The notes under the pieces were generated by a model. That model was given only the letters and a program-made list of their open reading frames with translations. It searched no databases and was not told the origin of the DNA. DNA of 64,000 nucleotides from Candidatus Amesbacteria bacterium. Lineage in GTDB: Bacteria > Patescibacteriota > Microgenomatia > CAZETR01 > Amesbacteraceae. The DNA lies in assembly GCA_027371535.1 (NCBI GenBank), contig DAHXMV010000003.1, positions 8,047-72,046 on the forward strand. Direction: 5' to 3'. Positions 10,500-19,625 of this stretch are shown piece by piece. The position numbers and the translations under genes were made by a program. Numbering within the stretch: the stretch's first letter is position 1; every line of letters starts with the position of its first letter.

Positions 10500-11090
10500 A
10501 TGCTGGACGAAAAATGGATAATTTTGGGTTTGATTATCAATCTGGCCGGCGGAGCGGATTATTTATGGGAAACAGTCAAAGGCCGGACAAAACCAAATAA
10601 AGTCTCCTGGTTTATCTGGTCATTAGCCCCCCTGGTTGCTTTTGCGGCGGAAATACAACAGGGCGTGGGATCGGCCGCCGCTTTGACATTTTTAATCGGA
10701 TTTCAACCCCTGCTGGTTTTTATCGCATCTCTATTTCAAAAGCAGGCTTATTGGAAATTAACCAAGGGCGATTTATTGTGCGGGGGAGCGGCTGTTTTGG
10801 GAATAATTCTGTGGAAAATCACAGGGGTCGGCAATCTGGCTATCGTTTTTTCGATTCTGGCAGATTTGATGGGGGCTATTCCGACAATTATCAAATCCTG
10901 GAAAGCCCCCCAGAGCGAAAGCTCTTTAATGTATCTGACGGATGCCGTCAGTGCCGGTATTACTTTGCTGACTATCAGGTATTGGAAGTTTGAAAATTAC
11001 GGCTTCCCCCTATATATAATGCTGATTTGCGGATTGAATTATATAATCCTCAGGCGGCAGGCAGGGAGAACAGGAGTTTTTCGCGGATAG
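10500..11090 (+). CDS. conserved hypothetical membrane protein
   Basis: 6-7 TM segments, GRTKPNxxSWFIW and PTIIKSWKAPxSE motifs. Confidence 0.75.
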   Translation: MLDEKWIILGLIINLAGGADYLWETVKGRTKPNKVSWFIWSLAPLVAFAAEIQQGVGSAAALTFLIGFQPLLVFIASLFQKQAYWKLTKGDLLCGGAAVLGIILWKITGVGNLAIVFSILADLMGAIPTIIKSWKAPQSESSLMYLTDAVSAGITLLTIRYWKFENYGFPLYIMLICGLNYIILRRQAGRTGVFRG

Positions 11091-11901
11091 GATCGAAACC
11101 AACTTCCCGGGCTTGGCCGCTGACAATTTTTTCGTAATCGCGGCAATACCGGCAACCCCCCTGCGGACAATCCAGTCCCCCGGAATTCTGATTAATCCGG
11201 GCGGATTTAAGGCGACGGCCATCGAAAATCAGCTTTTCCATAACCCCCGCCAAATCCGGAATGGGCACTGCTCTGGGAACCTCATCCCTGTCCAGATACC
11301 AGTAGCTGGTTTTGGTGACCGGGCGGCGATTTCCGGCGGCTGCCAGCAGTAAATAAATCTGGAGCTGGAGGGAGGAGGAATCTTCCTCATTTCTGCCGGT
11401 CTTGAAGTCAATAATGTGCAGGGTACCATCCGGTAAAACCTCTACCCAATCAACATTACCGCAAAGGACCAGATTATCTTCTTCGCTTAACCACATGCTG
11501 GCGACCATTTCGCCCCGGCTCTTTATTATCGTTGAAAGACTGGCAATGGGACCGGGGTGATCCTGAACTTTTTTAATCATCAGATAGCCCCGGTCTTTGA
11601 ACAACTGTTCGGTTTGGGCATCCGCGAAGCCGCCTTTTTCGCCACCGTAATTTACCCACAACTCCTGATAAATATCGGTTAAGGGCTTGTCAAAACGGGT
11701 GGATACGGATAAATACCGGATCGATTCCAGAGTATCATGAACGGCCATGCCCAAGGTCAGATTAGGGCTGACCAATTGGATTTTTTTGTTTTCCGGCTGG
11801 TGTTTGTACATGTTCCGCAAAAAATACAGCCGGGGACATTTGGAAAAATCAGTCAGGCTGGAATGGGAGAGCCAAACGGCGCCGTAAGGATATTTGAACA
11901 T
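11050..11901 (-). CDS. PD-(D/E)XK nuclease (RecB/AddB/Cas4-like, probable Fe-S cluster)
   Basis: LSHSS..CPR, G.VD..IIDFKTG, QLQIY, C-terminal CPxxxCxxC. Confidence 0.88.
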   Translation of the reverse strand: MFKYPYGAVWLSHSSLTDFSKCPRLYFLRNMYKHQPENKKIQLVSPNLTLGMAVHDTLESIRYLSVSTRFDKPLTDIYQELWVNYGGEKGGFADAQTEQLFKDRGYLMIKKVQDHPGPIASLSTIIKSRGEMVASMWLSEEDNLVLCGNVDWVEVLPDGTLHIIDFKTGRNEEDSSSLQLQIYLLLAAAGNRRPVTKTSYWYLDRDEVPRAVPIPDLAGVMEKLIFDGRRLKSARINQNSGGLDCPQGGCRYCRDYEKIVSGQAREVGFDPIREKLLFSLPAA

Positions 11902-11908
11902 GAAACGA

Positions 11909-12739
11909 TTATATGCCAGTCATCACCACACCCAAAATAGTTATCAGAATACCGATGGCTTGCCGGCGGTTAATTTTTTCCCTGAGATAAATAAAGGCCA
12001 GAATGACGGTAATCATGGGATAAGTACTGGTGACCGGGGAGACCAGAGATGCCGGGCCGCGACTCAGGGCCAGGTAGAGAAACAAAAGGCCCAGAGGCAA
12101 GAAGAAATTACCCAATATATTGTAATAAAGATGTTTGTTCCATTTTCCGAAACGAACCGGCTCCTTATCAAAGATCCTGATAACAGCCAGGGATGAGAGA
12201 CTGCAGAGAGCCAGGGAAAAAGTAAAAGTATAAAGTCCGAAATTGTTGATGGCAACTTTGGAAATAAAATCCCCCAGGCCGATGACCGCGGCGGCAAATA
12301 CCGCCCACCAGATCCAACCGGCGATTTTCAGTTTTTTGTGCTCAGGTTTGGCGATGAAAAAGATACCGATGATAATGGCTGCGATGCCTAATAATTGCAG
12401 AAAATCCAATGATTCCTTTAGAAAGATTAAAGAAAGCAGGACGGTGACCGCGGGATAAGCGGCCAGGACGGTCCCGGACAGGGAAACGTCGGATTTGGAA
12501 ATAATATAAGGAAAAACAAAATTAGGCAAACTGGCAAAGAAGGCCAAACAAACCGCCATCAGAAAAAAATCCCAGCGGATGCCAAAATACAGGGAAAACG
12601 GGATCCACAGCAAGAGATCAAAAACGGCCCCGATCATGTTGGTCACAAACGGAGACAACTCCGATAAACTTTTTTTTATCAGAACAAAACCCACACCCCA
12701 AAGAAGCGAGGCTAAGATGGCCGGAACAATCCAGGACAT
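11909..12739 (-). CDS. EamA/DMT family transporter
   Basis: Two 5-TM repeats, ASLVSPV and LKE/LREK motifs. Confidence 0.88.
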   Translation of the reverse strand: MSWIVPAILASLLWGVGFVLIKKSLSELSPFVTNMIGAVFDLLLWIPFSLYFGIRWDFFLMAVCLAFFASLPNFVFPYIISKSDVSLSGTVLAAYPAVTVLLSLIFLKESLDFLQLLGIAAIIIGIFFIAKPEHKKLKIAGWIWWAVFAAAVIGLGDFISKVAINNFGLYTFTFSLALCSLSSLAVIRIFDKEPVRFGKWNKHLYYNILGNFFLPLGLLFLYLALSRGPASLVSPVTSTYPMITVILAFIYLREKINRRQAIGILITILGVVMTGI

Positions 12740-12830
12740 ATAAATATTATATACAAATTGTGAGAACTCGAATAATCCAAATGTATAAACAAATACGGAG
12801 AATTGAATGATGGCAAGTTAGGATTTGGAC

Positions 12831-12914
12831 ATGATCATTTTTCTCGGGTTTAACAGTTTTTCCCTGAAAACTGTGCTGGGACAAGAGAGCATAGACCATA
12901 CCAGACCGCCCTGA
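12831..12914 (+). CDS. putative leader peptide MIIFLGFNSFSLKTVLGQESIDHTRPP
   Basis: 27-aa ORF 6 nt after TAGGAT, followed by two terminator-like hairpins. Confidence 0.4.
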   Translation: MIIFLGFNSFSLKTVLGQESIDHTRPP

Positions 12915-12940
12915 CTCTACCCCGCGCAAAGCCCCTAAAG

Positions 12941-12999
12941 AAGGAGTACGAGAGCACCGCTCCTTTTTTAAAACACCCTCAGATAAGAGGGTTTTTTTT
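12941..12999 (+). terminator. two tandem intrinsic terminator-like hairpins
   Basis: AAGGAG..CTCCTT+TTTT, then ACCCTC-agataa-GAGGGT followed by a T run. Confidence 0.65.
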
Positions 13000-13050
13000 G
13001 TATAAAAAATTACGGAAAGATAATTTTTAAAATCAATATAGTAAATACGT

Positions 13051-13158
13051 ATGAAAAAATTTAAAAAATGGCCGGGTAAAATTTTTCATAATACCATCAT
13101 CGGAAGTTTTGTGACGGTGTTTAAATCGGCAAAGCTTTTGGGCGAACGGAGAGGATAG
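13051..13158 (+). CDS. small basic ORF (35 aa)
   Basis: MKKFKKWPGKIFHN...GERRG; overlaps the end of the convergent gene. Confidence 0.3.
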   Translation: MKKFKKWPGKIFHNTIIGSFVTVFKSAKLLGERRG

Positions 13159-13393
13159 TCAGCGACAGCCCGGAAAGAAAAATTTTCATTGATATAACGG
13201 CAATTAAAACAGCCAGCGGGGTCCAGATGATGAATAATAACCCGAGTAAGAAGCGGAACAGATGGTAAACCGCGTAAAAAAATATGCCCCACCTGGCCAG
13301 ACTACCGAGCATGCCGGTGAATAACAGATAGGTTAACCCCGCGAGGATGACCGCAATAAAGAAACATGCAAGAATTATTTCGAGCAGGGGCAC
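13121..13393 (-). CDS. small membrane protein
   Basis: 90 aa, almost entirely hydrophobic. Confidence 0.6.
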   Translation of the reverse strand: MPLLEIILACFFIAVILAGLTYLLFTGMLGSLARWGIFFYAVYHLFRFLLGLLFIIWTPLAVLIAVISMKIFLSGLSLTILSVRPKALPI

Positions 13394-13432
13394 TTGGTAA
13401 CAGGTTTACTATTTGCAGCCTGTAAAGTCAAG

Positions 13433-13963
13433 TCAACTTTGAGAAAGTAATTTCCGGGAGACGGCAGAGGCAAAATTGATCAGAGAATCGTTATTTATAA
13501 CACTGCCGGAGCTCCTGTCGGCAGACAAATAATGATGCGGGTCCAGAATCAGGACAATACTGTTGATCAACCCATTGGGCTGCCAGGCAATGAAATGGGG
13601 CAGGCTGATCCGGGAATCCGTTTTGATTGTCTGTTTTAAGCCTTCATGATTTGATTTTTGACCTTCCGGCGTATCCGTTCCGTAAGTCAAGATGACAAAA
13701 TCCGAATCGGTGGTGTAATAGCTGCAGCTGTGGGTACTGGGCAGATCAAACGATTTGACCGTGATCACCGGCCGATTGATCTGGCCGGCAACCCAGTCTT
13801 TGGAAAACCGGGCACAGATATCGGTGTCCAGAGAAATATTTTTTAACGGAAGAAATGATTGGAATGCGTCTGTAGATTTTTTTAATTTTCCGGTAAATAT
13901 ATAGACCGGTATCAGAAAAACTGTCAAAACGAGAGTTAATATAATAATCAGTTTTTTCTGCAT
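13433..13963 (-). CDS. membrane-anchored hypothetical protein
   Basis: N-terminal TM, Cys pair, TATAAT 8 nt upstream. Confidence 0.75.
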   Translation of the reverse strand: MQKKLIIILTLVLTVFLIPVYIFTGKLKKSTDAFQSFLPLKNISLDTDICARFSKDWVAGQINRPVITVKSFDLPSTHSCSYYTTDSDFVILTYGTDTPEGQKSNHEGLKQTIKTDSRISLPHFIAWQPNGLINSIVLILDPHHYLSADRSSGSVINNDSLINFASAVSRKLLSQS

Positions 13964-13979
13964 AAGAGTGAATTATAAC

Positions 13980-15011
13980 TTATCTTTTGCCGGTGCCGAA
14001 GATGATACTGCAACCCAGGCCGTCGACCCCGATGCCCACATAGTTCCAGCGTGTATCCAATTGGTTGTCATTATGAGGTTTATCCCCGGCAAACAACCAT
14101 TCGATGATATGCACACCGCTCAAACGATAACCATAAAACATGTTTTCACCGACCGAGGTGAAACCCAGTTTATTGAAACCATCCTGATTGTTCAGGTAAT
14201 CGTTGAATCCTTTATGGTCGTCAGTATTTTTGATACTGTTTAAATACGCTGCCCGGCTTTGGGCAAACGAGGCTAAATTGTTGTCCCACATTAAAGCGGA
14301 AGCCCCATATCGCAGGCGATAGATATTCAAAGCGCCAAATATTTCACTTGGAGTAGCCATAAGCGAGTCCTGGCCGACCTTGATGGTCCAGGTGTGCTCG
14401 TCCACCTGCCGGGAAATTCCCCAGGGACCGGTGGGTTCGGGAACCGGTGAGGGCCGGGGTAAAACCGGTTGGAGATGATAATTCCCCAAAATCTGGACCG
14501 TCAACCCACTGTCTGTGACCACACAGACGGCATTGTAATCCGGCTGCCCGACATCCTTTTTAATATCGGGATTATTTAACCAGGCTGTGACTTTGGCAGC
14601 CGTATCCAGCTTCTGATTATCCGCCTGCATGGCTAAATTCATGTACCCGGGATGGCGAATGTAAAAATCTTTAGTGAGGTTATCAAATGTATCCGTATTC
14701 CAGTCGGATTTAAGACGTCCGAGAATGTCTTTTGCCAGGATACACAGGTCGTCATGTTTTTTCAGGGCAGAAACCCCGGCAATTTCCCGGACGGAATTAA
14801 TTGCCGACCGGATATCTTCGGGGGATATGGTGGGAACAACCGGCGGCGGAGTGGAAGTTGTGAAAGAAAGAGCCGGTGTAATGGCAACTTTAGACACGGC
14901 CGGGGAAGTGGTACGGAAATGGGCCCGATCATAAACACCATAGATAAATAAGACCAGAAAGATAAGAATTAATATAAATTTATAGTGAAGACGCTGCCCG
15001 ATACCGGCCAT
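13980..15011 (-). CDS. tandem CAP (SCP) domain secreted protein
   Basis: INSVR and LNIYR starts, DHKGF, VGEN, W....H....L....YVGIG motifs. Confidence 0.85.
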   Translation of the reverse strand: MAGIGQRLHYKFILILIFLVLFIYGVYDRAHFRTTSPAVSKVAITPALSFTTSTPPPVVPTISPEDIRSAINSVREIAGVSALKKHDDLCILAKDILGRLKSDWNTDTFDNLTKDFYIRHPGYMNLAMQADNQKLDTAAKVTAWLNNPDIKKDVGQPDYNAVCVVTDSGLTVQILGNYHLQPVLPRPSPVPEPTGPWGISRQVDEHTWTIKVGQDSLMATPSEIFGALNIYRLRYGASALMWDNNLASFAQSRAAYLNSIKNTDDHKGFNDYLNNQDGFNKLGFTSVGENMFYGYRLSGVHIIEWLFAGDKPHNDNQLDTRWNYVGIGVDGLGCSIIFGTGKR

Positions 15012-15051
15012 CAAGACGAATTATAATCCACCGCGATATAATGCGTAATTA

Positions 15052-15555
15052 ATGAAGTTTAAAGCCATGGCGGCAGCGGCAGCGGGGGTGGGGTTAATAT
15101 TTGCCTATTCCGGAATCAAAGTCGCAAATAAAGATGCAAATAGGCCCATTCCGACGGTGACACCCTACCCGACTACAGTCCCCACCCCGACAATAAAACC
15201 CACGCCGACCCCCAAACCCACCCCAATCCCAACGCCGACCCCCAAACCGCAGCCAAAATTTACCTCCGAGCAGATTTATCACCTGATAGACAGCTATGCC
15301 GGAAAATACAGAGTGGATCCGAATGTGATACGTCACATGGCCATTTGCGAATCCGGGTTTAATCCGCTGGCCAGAAACCATATTTATGGGGGTTTGTTTC
15401 AATTTGACGTGCAAACCTGGAAAAGTTTCCGGTCGATAATGGGCGAAAGTCCCGATCCGGATTTAAGATTTAATGCCGAAGCGGCGATAAACACCACGGC
15501 ATATATGATTTCCATCAGGAGAGGCTATTTATGGCCGCAATGCTTCCCCCGTTAA
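15052..15555 (+). CDS. lytic transglycosylase (SLT/Rpf-like) with Pro-Thr linker
   Basis: Signal/TM, (PT)n linker, AICESGFNP, GLFQF, W..C end. Confidence 0.85.
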   Translation: MKFKAMAAAAAGVGLIFAYSGIKVANKDANRPIPTVTPYPTTVPTPTIKPTPTPKPTPIPTPTPKPQPKFTSEQIYHLIDSYAGKYRVDPNVIRHMAICESGFNPLARNHIYGGLFQFDVQTWKSFRSIMGESPDPDLRFNAEAAINTTAYMISIRRGYLWPQCFPR

Positions 15556-15560
15556 GCTAA

Positions 15561-15992
15561 TTATTTTTGGGATAAACTCCCGGCGAGGTTGTCTGCCCAG
15601 TATTCCATGATATTGTCGTCGTGCAGGCGATTGGCGGGGTACATTTTCACCTCTGCCCAGGCTGCCAGTTGGGCGCAACCAAAAACCGGCAAATAGGCGG
15701 GGCCAAGATAATGTGCCTGTATCACATGGGCCCGCATGTGCAATAACACCGGTTCAGAAAGCGAGGAACTGATGGTCAGAATATTATTGCCCAAGGCGAC
15801 AGTATTGACCCCGAGAATCCCGTAAATGAGATAGGAAGTATTGCCTGTACAGGATGTGTATAAATAAATACCGTCTCTGACCATCGAAACCTGACAACCG
15901 CCCCAACGGCCGAGAGTGGAAGCCAGGAGATCATTAAAAAAGAGTAAAAAAACGACCACCAACACAAGCAGGGGCCATTTGAAAAACCGCAT
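15561..15992 (-). CDS. hypothetical membrane-anchored protein (degenerate zincin-like motif)
   Basis: Start moved to MRFFKW; ALGNNI..LLHMRAHVIQ..YLGPAYLP..N.ME..AD resembles an HExxH family with E replaced by M. Confidence 0.6.
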   Translation of the reverse strand: MRFFKWPLLVLVVVFLLFFNDLLASTLGRWGGCQVSMVRDGIYLYTSCTGNTSYLIYGILGVNTVALGNNILTISSSLSEPVLLHMRAHVIQAHYLGPAYLPVFGCAQLAAWAEVKMYPANRLHDDNIMEYWADNLAGSLSQK

Positions 15993-16042
15993 AATTAATT
16001 GTACACACCAGGGAAAGTAATTTTTCAGAGTAAAATGAAAAG

Positions 16043-16684
16043 GTGTCAAATATCATCTATTTTGTGACCGGTAATCAAATGAAAATCCGGCACGCCCAGC
16101 AGGCGATGAATGCCTACGGTATAGCCGTGATCCAAAAAAAGCTGGCGTTAATCGAGCCCCGGGAAGAAGAGCCGGAAAAAGTGGCAGAGGAAAAGATAAA
16201 ACAGGTAGCCATGCAACCGGGCCAGGCGGTGATGGTGGAAGATTCCGGAATTTATATCAAAGCCCTGAACGGATTTCCCAAAACTTATGTACACTTTGCC
16301 TGCAAAACGCTGGGAATTGAAAACATCCTGAAATTACTGGAGGGAACCGATGACCGTACGGCAGAATTCCATCAAGCTCTGGCTTATATGGAACCGCCGA
16401 TGAAAACACCCAAAATTTTCAGCTATATTGACGGAGATTTTAAAGTGGCGGAAAAAATATGGGCAAGCGAAAATGGTAATAAGCCGGGTTTTGACCAAAT
16501 ATTAATTCCGCCGGGTGAAGACAAACCACTTTGCAGCTTTTCCGAAGAATGGCGGGCCGAAAGAGATGTAAGACAAAACGGAGAAAAAATGCATTATGTT
16601 CAGCTGGCCAGATGGCTAACCGGAAAAGAACCAAATGAAATAAACCGGACAGATGCCAGGGGGGAAACAGCGGAAAATAAATAA
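16043..16684 (+). CDS. Ham1/ITPase-family non-canonical purine NTP pyrophosphatase
   Basis: FVTGNxxK, VEDSGIYIKALNGFP, GFD.I.IP motifs. Confidence 0.88.
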   Translation: MSNIIYFVTGNQMKIRHAQQAMNAYGIAVIQKKLALIEPREEEPEKVAEEKIKQVAMQPGQAVMVEDSGIYIKALNGFPKTYVHFACKTLGIENILKLLEGTDDRTAEFHQALAYMEPPMKTPKIFSYIDGDFKVAEKIWASENGNKPGFDQILIPPGEDKPLCSFSEEWRAERDVRQNGEKMHYVQLARWLTGKEPNEINRTDARGETAENK

Positions 16685-16688
16685 AAAT

Positions 16689-17149
16689 ATGAAGCTTTTA
16701 GCAGAGTGGGCTTTTTTTGCGGGACTGGTGACAGGTTTGGCACTGGGGGGTAGTCTGGACACCGTGCGCAGGACCGAATTCGGAGAGGGAAATTATGACC
16801 GGGTGGAAGAAGCCTTTCAGACATTACTTAAGGCGGCCGGAAATTCAGTCAGCCGGGGGCTGGTGGTTAATCAAACTCCCGGCGGGAATATTTCACCGGA
16901 AACATACCTCGGGTCCAACCGGGCGGAATATTATTACCCGGGAGGAAGCATAGGGCCGGGGATCAAACATTGGTTTTAACCAGCAATCCCCCGCCGGATA
17001 ATTATTCGCTGGGCGGAAAGTGGATAATTACGGGGGACAGCGACAGGCTGTATACGCTGGTGGATTTGGGGAACCATGGCGGAAATCACCTACTGAAACT
17101 TGAGTTTGAAAATCCGGGGGTGAAAGCCTATGCCTTTACGTTTGGCTAA
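16689..17149 (+). pseudogene. dipZ-like (CcdA-thioredoxin-C-terminal) remnant
   Basis: CcdA-like N-terminus (WAFFAGLVT), Trx tail FGEGNY, ETYLG; after a frameshift near 16975 comes DRLYTLV...GVKAYAFTFG*; most of the interior is missing. Confidence 0.75.
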
Positions 17150-17162
17150 TTAAGCCTATAGT

Positions 17163-17191
17163 TTGCATTAAAGACAGCAGTGTGGTATAGT
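17163..17191 (+). promoter_or_regulatory. sigma70 promoter of DEAD-box helicase
   Basis: TTGCAT-17 nt-TATAGT with extended -10 TG. Confidence 0.6.
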
Positions 17192-17265
17192 ATAAACATA
17201 ATTTCCACGGCTTGATATCGAGGACAATACTTCTTTAACAGAGTCATCTACGGAATTATTAATTT

Positions 17266-18429
17266 ATGTCCATTCCTTCCTATTATCACTTTAAGAAACC
17301 GACCAGGCCGATGGCATTCGGCGGCAAAAAAGAATATTACAATCTGGAAGTATTTACCCGGAAGGCCCAAACCAAGCCGGTACAGGTAATTTATAAAGCC
17401 AAAAATAATTTTTCCGATTTTAATTTTTCGGACATACTCAACCGGAATATTGCCAACCGGGGTTATATTTATCCCACGCCCATCCAGGACCAGACCATCC
17501 CTGCCCTGTTATCGGGAAGAGACGTGGTGGGAATTGCCAACACCGGCAGCGGAAAGACCGGGGCATTTTTGCTACCACTTTTGGAAAAGATATCCCATAA
17601 CCGTAATATAAAGGCATTAATCGTTGCCCCGACCAGGGAACTGGCAGTGCAGATAAACGACGAATTCAGACTGCTCTCCAGAGGAATGGCGATGAATTCG
17701 GTGGTATGTATCGGCGGGGTGTCCATGGGCGGTCAAATCCAGGACCTCAGACGGAACCCGAACGTGGTCATCGGGACCCCGGGAAGGTTGAAGGACCTGG
17801 AACAACAGCGGTTAATCAACTTTGGCAAGTTTTCGGTAATTGTCCTGGATGAAGTAGACCGGATGCTGGATATGGGTTTTATTATTGATGTGAGATATTT
17901 AATTTCCAAATTACCCCAAGACAGGCAATCGCTGGGATTTTCGGCTACCATGCCAGCAAATATCAGATCCCTGATGGGGCAATTTCTGACCGATCCGGTA
18001 ATGGTGTCCATTCCGACGGTAACGGGAGAACTGAATATTAATCAGGACGTAATAAGGACCAACGGCAGGCCCAAAGCGGATATTCTGCACGAGCTTTTAT
18101 TAAAAGAAGGTTTTGAAAAGGTGCTGGTTTTCGGGCGGACCAAACACGGCATCGACCGGCTGGAGAAGGATTTGATCAAACGGGGATTTAAAGTGGCTGC
18201 CATCCACGGAAACAAAAGCCAGGGGCAAAGGCAGCGGGCCCTGAATGCCTTTAAAAACAACCAGCTGAAAGTACTGCTGGCTACCGATATTGCCTCCAGA
18301 GGCCTGGATATTGATGACGTAACCCATGTCATCAATTACGAGCTGCCGGAGTCATATGAAGACTATGTCCACAGAATCGGCAGAACGGCGAGGGCGGGCA
18401 AAAGCGGCACAGCACTGACGTTTATATAA
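17266..18429 (+). CDS. DEAD-box RNA helicase (RhlE-like)
   Basis: Q motif PTPIQ, ANTGSGKT, PTRELA, DEVD, SAT, SRGLD, HRIGRTAR. Confidence 0.96.
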   Translation: MSIPSYYHFKKPTRPMAFGGKKEYYNLEVFTRKAQTKPVQVIYKAKNNFSDFNFSDILNRNIANRGYIYPTPIQDQTIPALLSGRDVVGIANTGSGKTGAFLLPLLEKISHNRNIKALIVAPTRELAVQINDEFRLLSRGMAMNSVVCIGGVSMGGQIQDLRRNPNVVIGTPGRLKDLEQQRLINFGKFSVIVLDEVDRMLDMGFIIDVRYLISKLPQDRQSLGFSATMPANIRSLMGQFLTDPVMVSIPTVTGELNINQDVIRTNGRPKADILHELLLKEGFEKVLVFGRTKHGIDRLEKDLIKRGFKVAAIHGNKSQGQRQRALNAFKNNQLKVLLATDIASRGLDIDDVTHVINYELPESYEDYVHRIGRTARAGKSGTALTFI

Positions 18430-18452
18430 AGTGAGAACGTTATAATTAAATA

Positions 18453-18983
18453 ATGTTTTGTATCAAATCCGGCAGATTAACTCTGCGAGACTTGGTTTTG
18501 GATGATTGGAAGTTATTTTATGATCTCATGCAAGAACCGGAGACCAGGCGTTATATGGGAGATTATCTAAAAGCCGAAACAGAAGACGAAGCCAAGAAAT
18601 GGGTAACACAAACTATGGCTTTCAATAACGAAACCCCACGACATTCTTATAACCTGGCCATTGAGTTTAACGATGAGGCAATCGGATGGATTGGTATCGG
18701 AGAGGCACAAAGCGAGGAGAAGAAAGATCTGGATTTCGGTTATGCGCTGAAAAAGACTTTTTGGGGAAATGGATTTATGACTGAAGCCCTGCAATCGGTA
18801 ATAAAATATTGCTTTGATTCATTACCTATACAAAGAATTACCGGAGAATGCGAATCCAGCAACATCGCATCACAAAAGGTCATGCAAAAATCCGGTATGA
18901 ACCGGATAAAGACTTATGTTTTTAAGGACGAAGAATCCGGCCAGGAAAAAGAAAAAATCATTTTTCACATAGATAAACCGTAG
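18453..18983 (+). CDS. GNAT N-acetyltransferase (RimJ/RimL-like)
   Basis: RLTLR, FWGNGFMTEAL, NIASQKV motifs. Confidence 0.9.
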   Translation: MFCIKSGRLTLRDLVLDDWKLFYDLMQEPETRRYMGDYLKAETEDEAKKWVTQTMAFNNETPRHSYNLAIEFNDEAIGWIGIGEAQSEEKKDLDFGYALKKTFWGNGFMTEALQSVIKYCFDSLPIQRITGECESSNIASQKVMQKSGMNRIKTYVFKDEESGQEKEKIIFHIDKP

Positions 18984-19036
18984 GAAAATATTCCCCCCGT
19001 AAACGACTCCGGATTATAAAATGCTAAAATCAGTTA

Positions 19037-19113
19037 ATGATAAAGGCGATAATTTTTTATTAGATATTGTAATTGAATCTTTCAAAGACCTCGATTTCTC
19101 TTTATTAAATTAA
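19037..19113 (+). pseudogene. HAD phosphatase remnant (only the two termini left)
   Basis: TAAAAT-6nt-ATG MIKAIIF, then in another frame DIVIESFKDLDFSLLN*. Confidence 0.55.
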
Positions 19114-19175
19114 TCAACTCAGTTCTTTCAATTTATATACGGATTTATTGGTTGTGGACGGGGTTAGGACTTTTT

Positions 19176-19625
19176 TCAGCTATTTTCAGAGTTTAAAACA
19201 TACAATGAAAATTTCTTTGTCAGTTCTCGTGAAGTTTCAATATCGGTAAAGAAACTTACACCGATATATTCCAATTCCGCTTCTGTTTTCGTATCAAATT
19301 CTTCCTGCTGGGTCACGGCATTACCAGGAACCATTGTCTCCGTAAAATCCGTATACTTAATTCTTTTTTCAATTAAAGCTTTTCTCAAGGTTCTTAGCTG
19401 ATTGCTGTTTTCAGACCTGAGAATAATAAATCCATTCTCCGAGGTCATGGGGTGAATACTCTTATCCTTATCAATAAAATCCCTAAACCTCATCAATGAA
19501 GTGTCCTGCTTATATTGCTCCATTAAACCGGCAGTCATATGTCCGATGGCGTTCATAATAATTGCCGGGTTTTTCTTTTTATTAACCACACAGGTAAATT
19601 GATGAACCCTGGGTTTAAATTCCAT
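19176..19625 (-). CDS. DUF2000 family protein (PTH2-like fold)
   Basis: MNAIGHM, YTDFTETM, ELEYIG, LTKKFSL motifs. Confidence 0.8.
   Translation of the reverse strand: MEFKPRVHQFTCVVNKKKNPAIIMNAIGHMTAGLMEQYKQDTSLMRFRDFIDKDKSIHPMTSENGFIILRSENSNQLRTLRKALIEKRIKYTDFTETMVPGNAVTQQEEFDTKTEAELEYIGVSFFTDIETSRELTKKFSLYVLNSENS

Noticed and set aside
11050-11901. Cas4-like nuclease suggesting a CRISPR system
   Set aside because: No repeat-spacer array or other cas genes seen; stand-alone PD-(D/E)XK proteins are common in CPR
15150-15255. Repeated CCxACx units
   Set aside because: Coding Pro-Thr linker, not a CRISPR array or separate DNA element
16960-17149. Alternative genetic code or programmed recoding explaining the broken genes
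   Set aside because: TGA, TAA and TAG all end intact conserved genes at expected positions, and the broken genes lack essential internal segments
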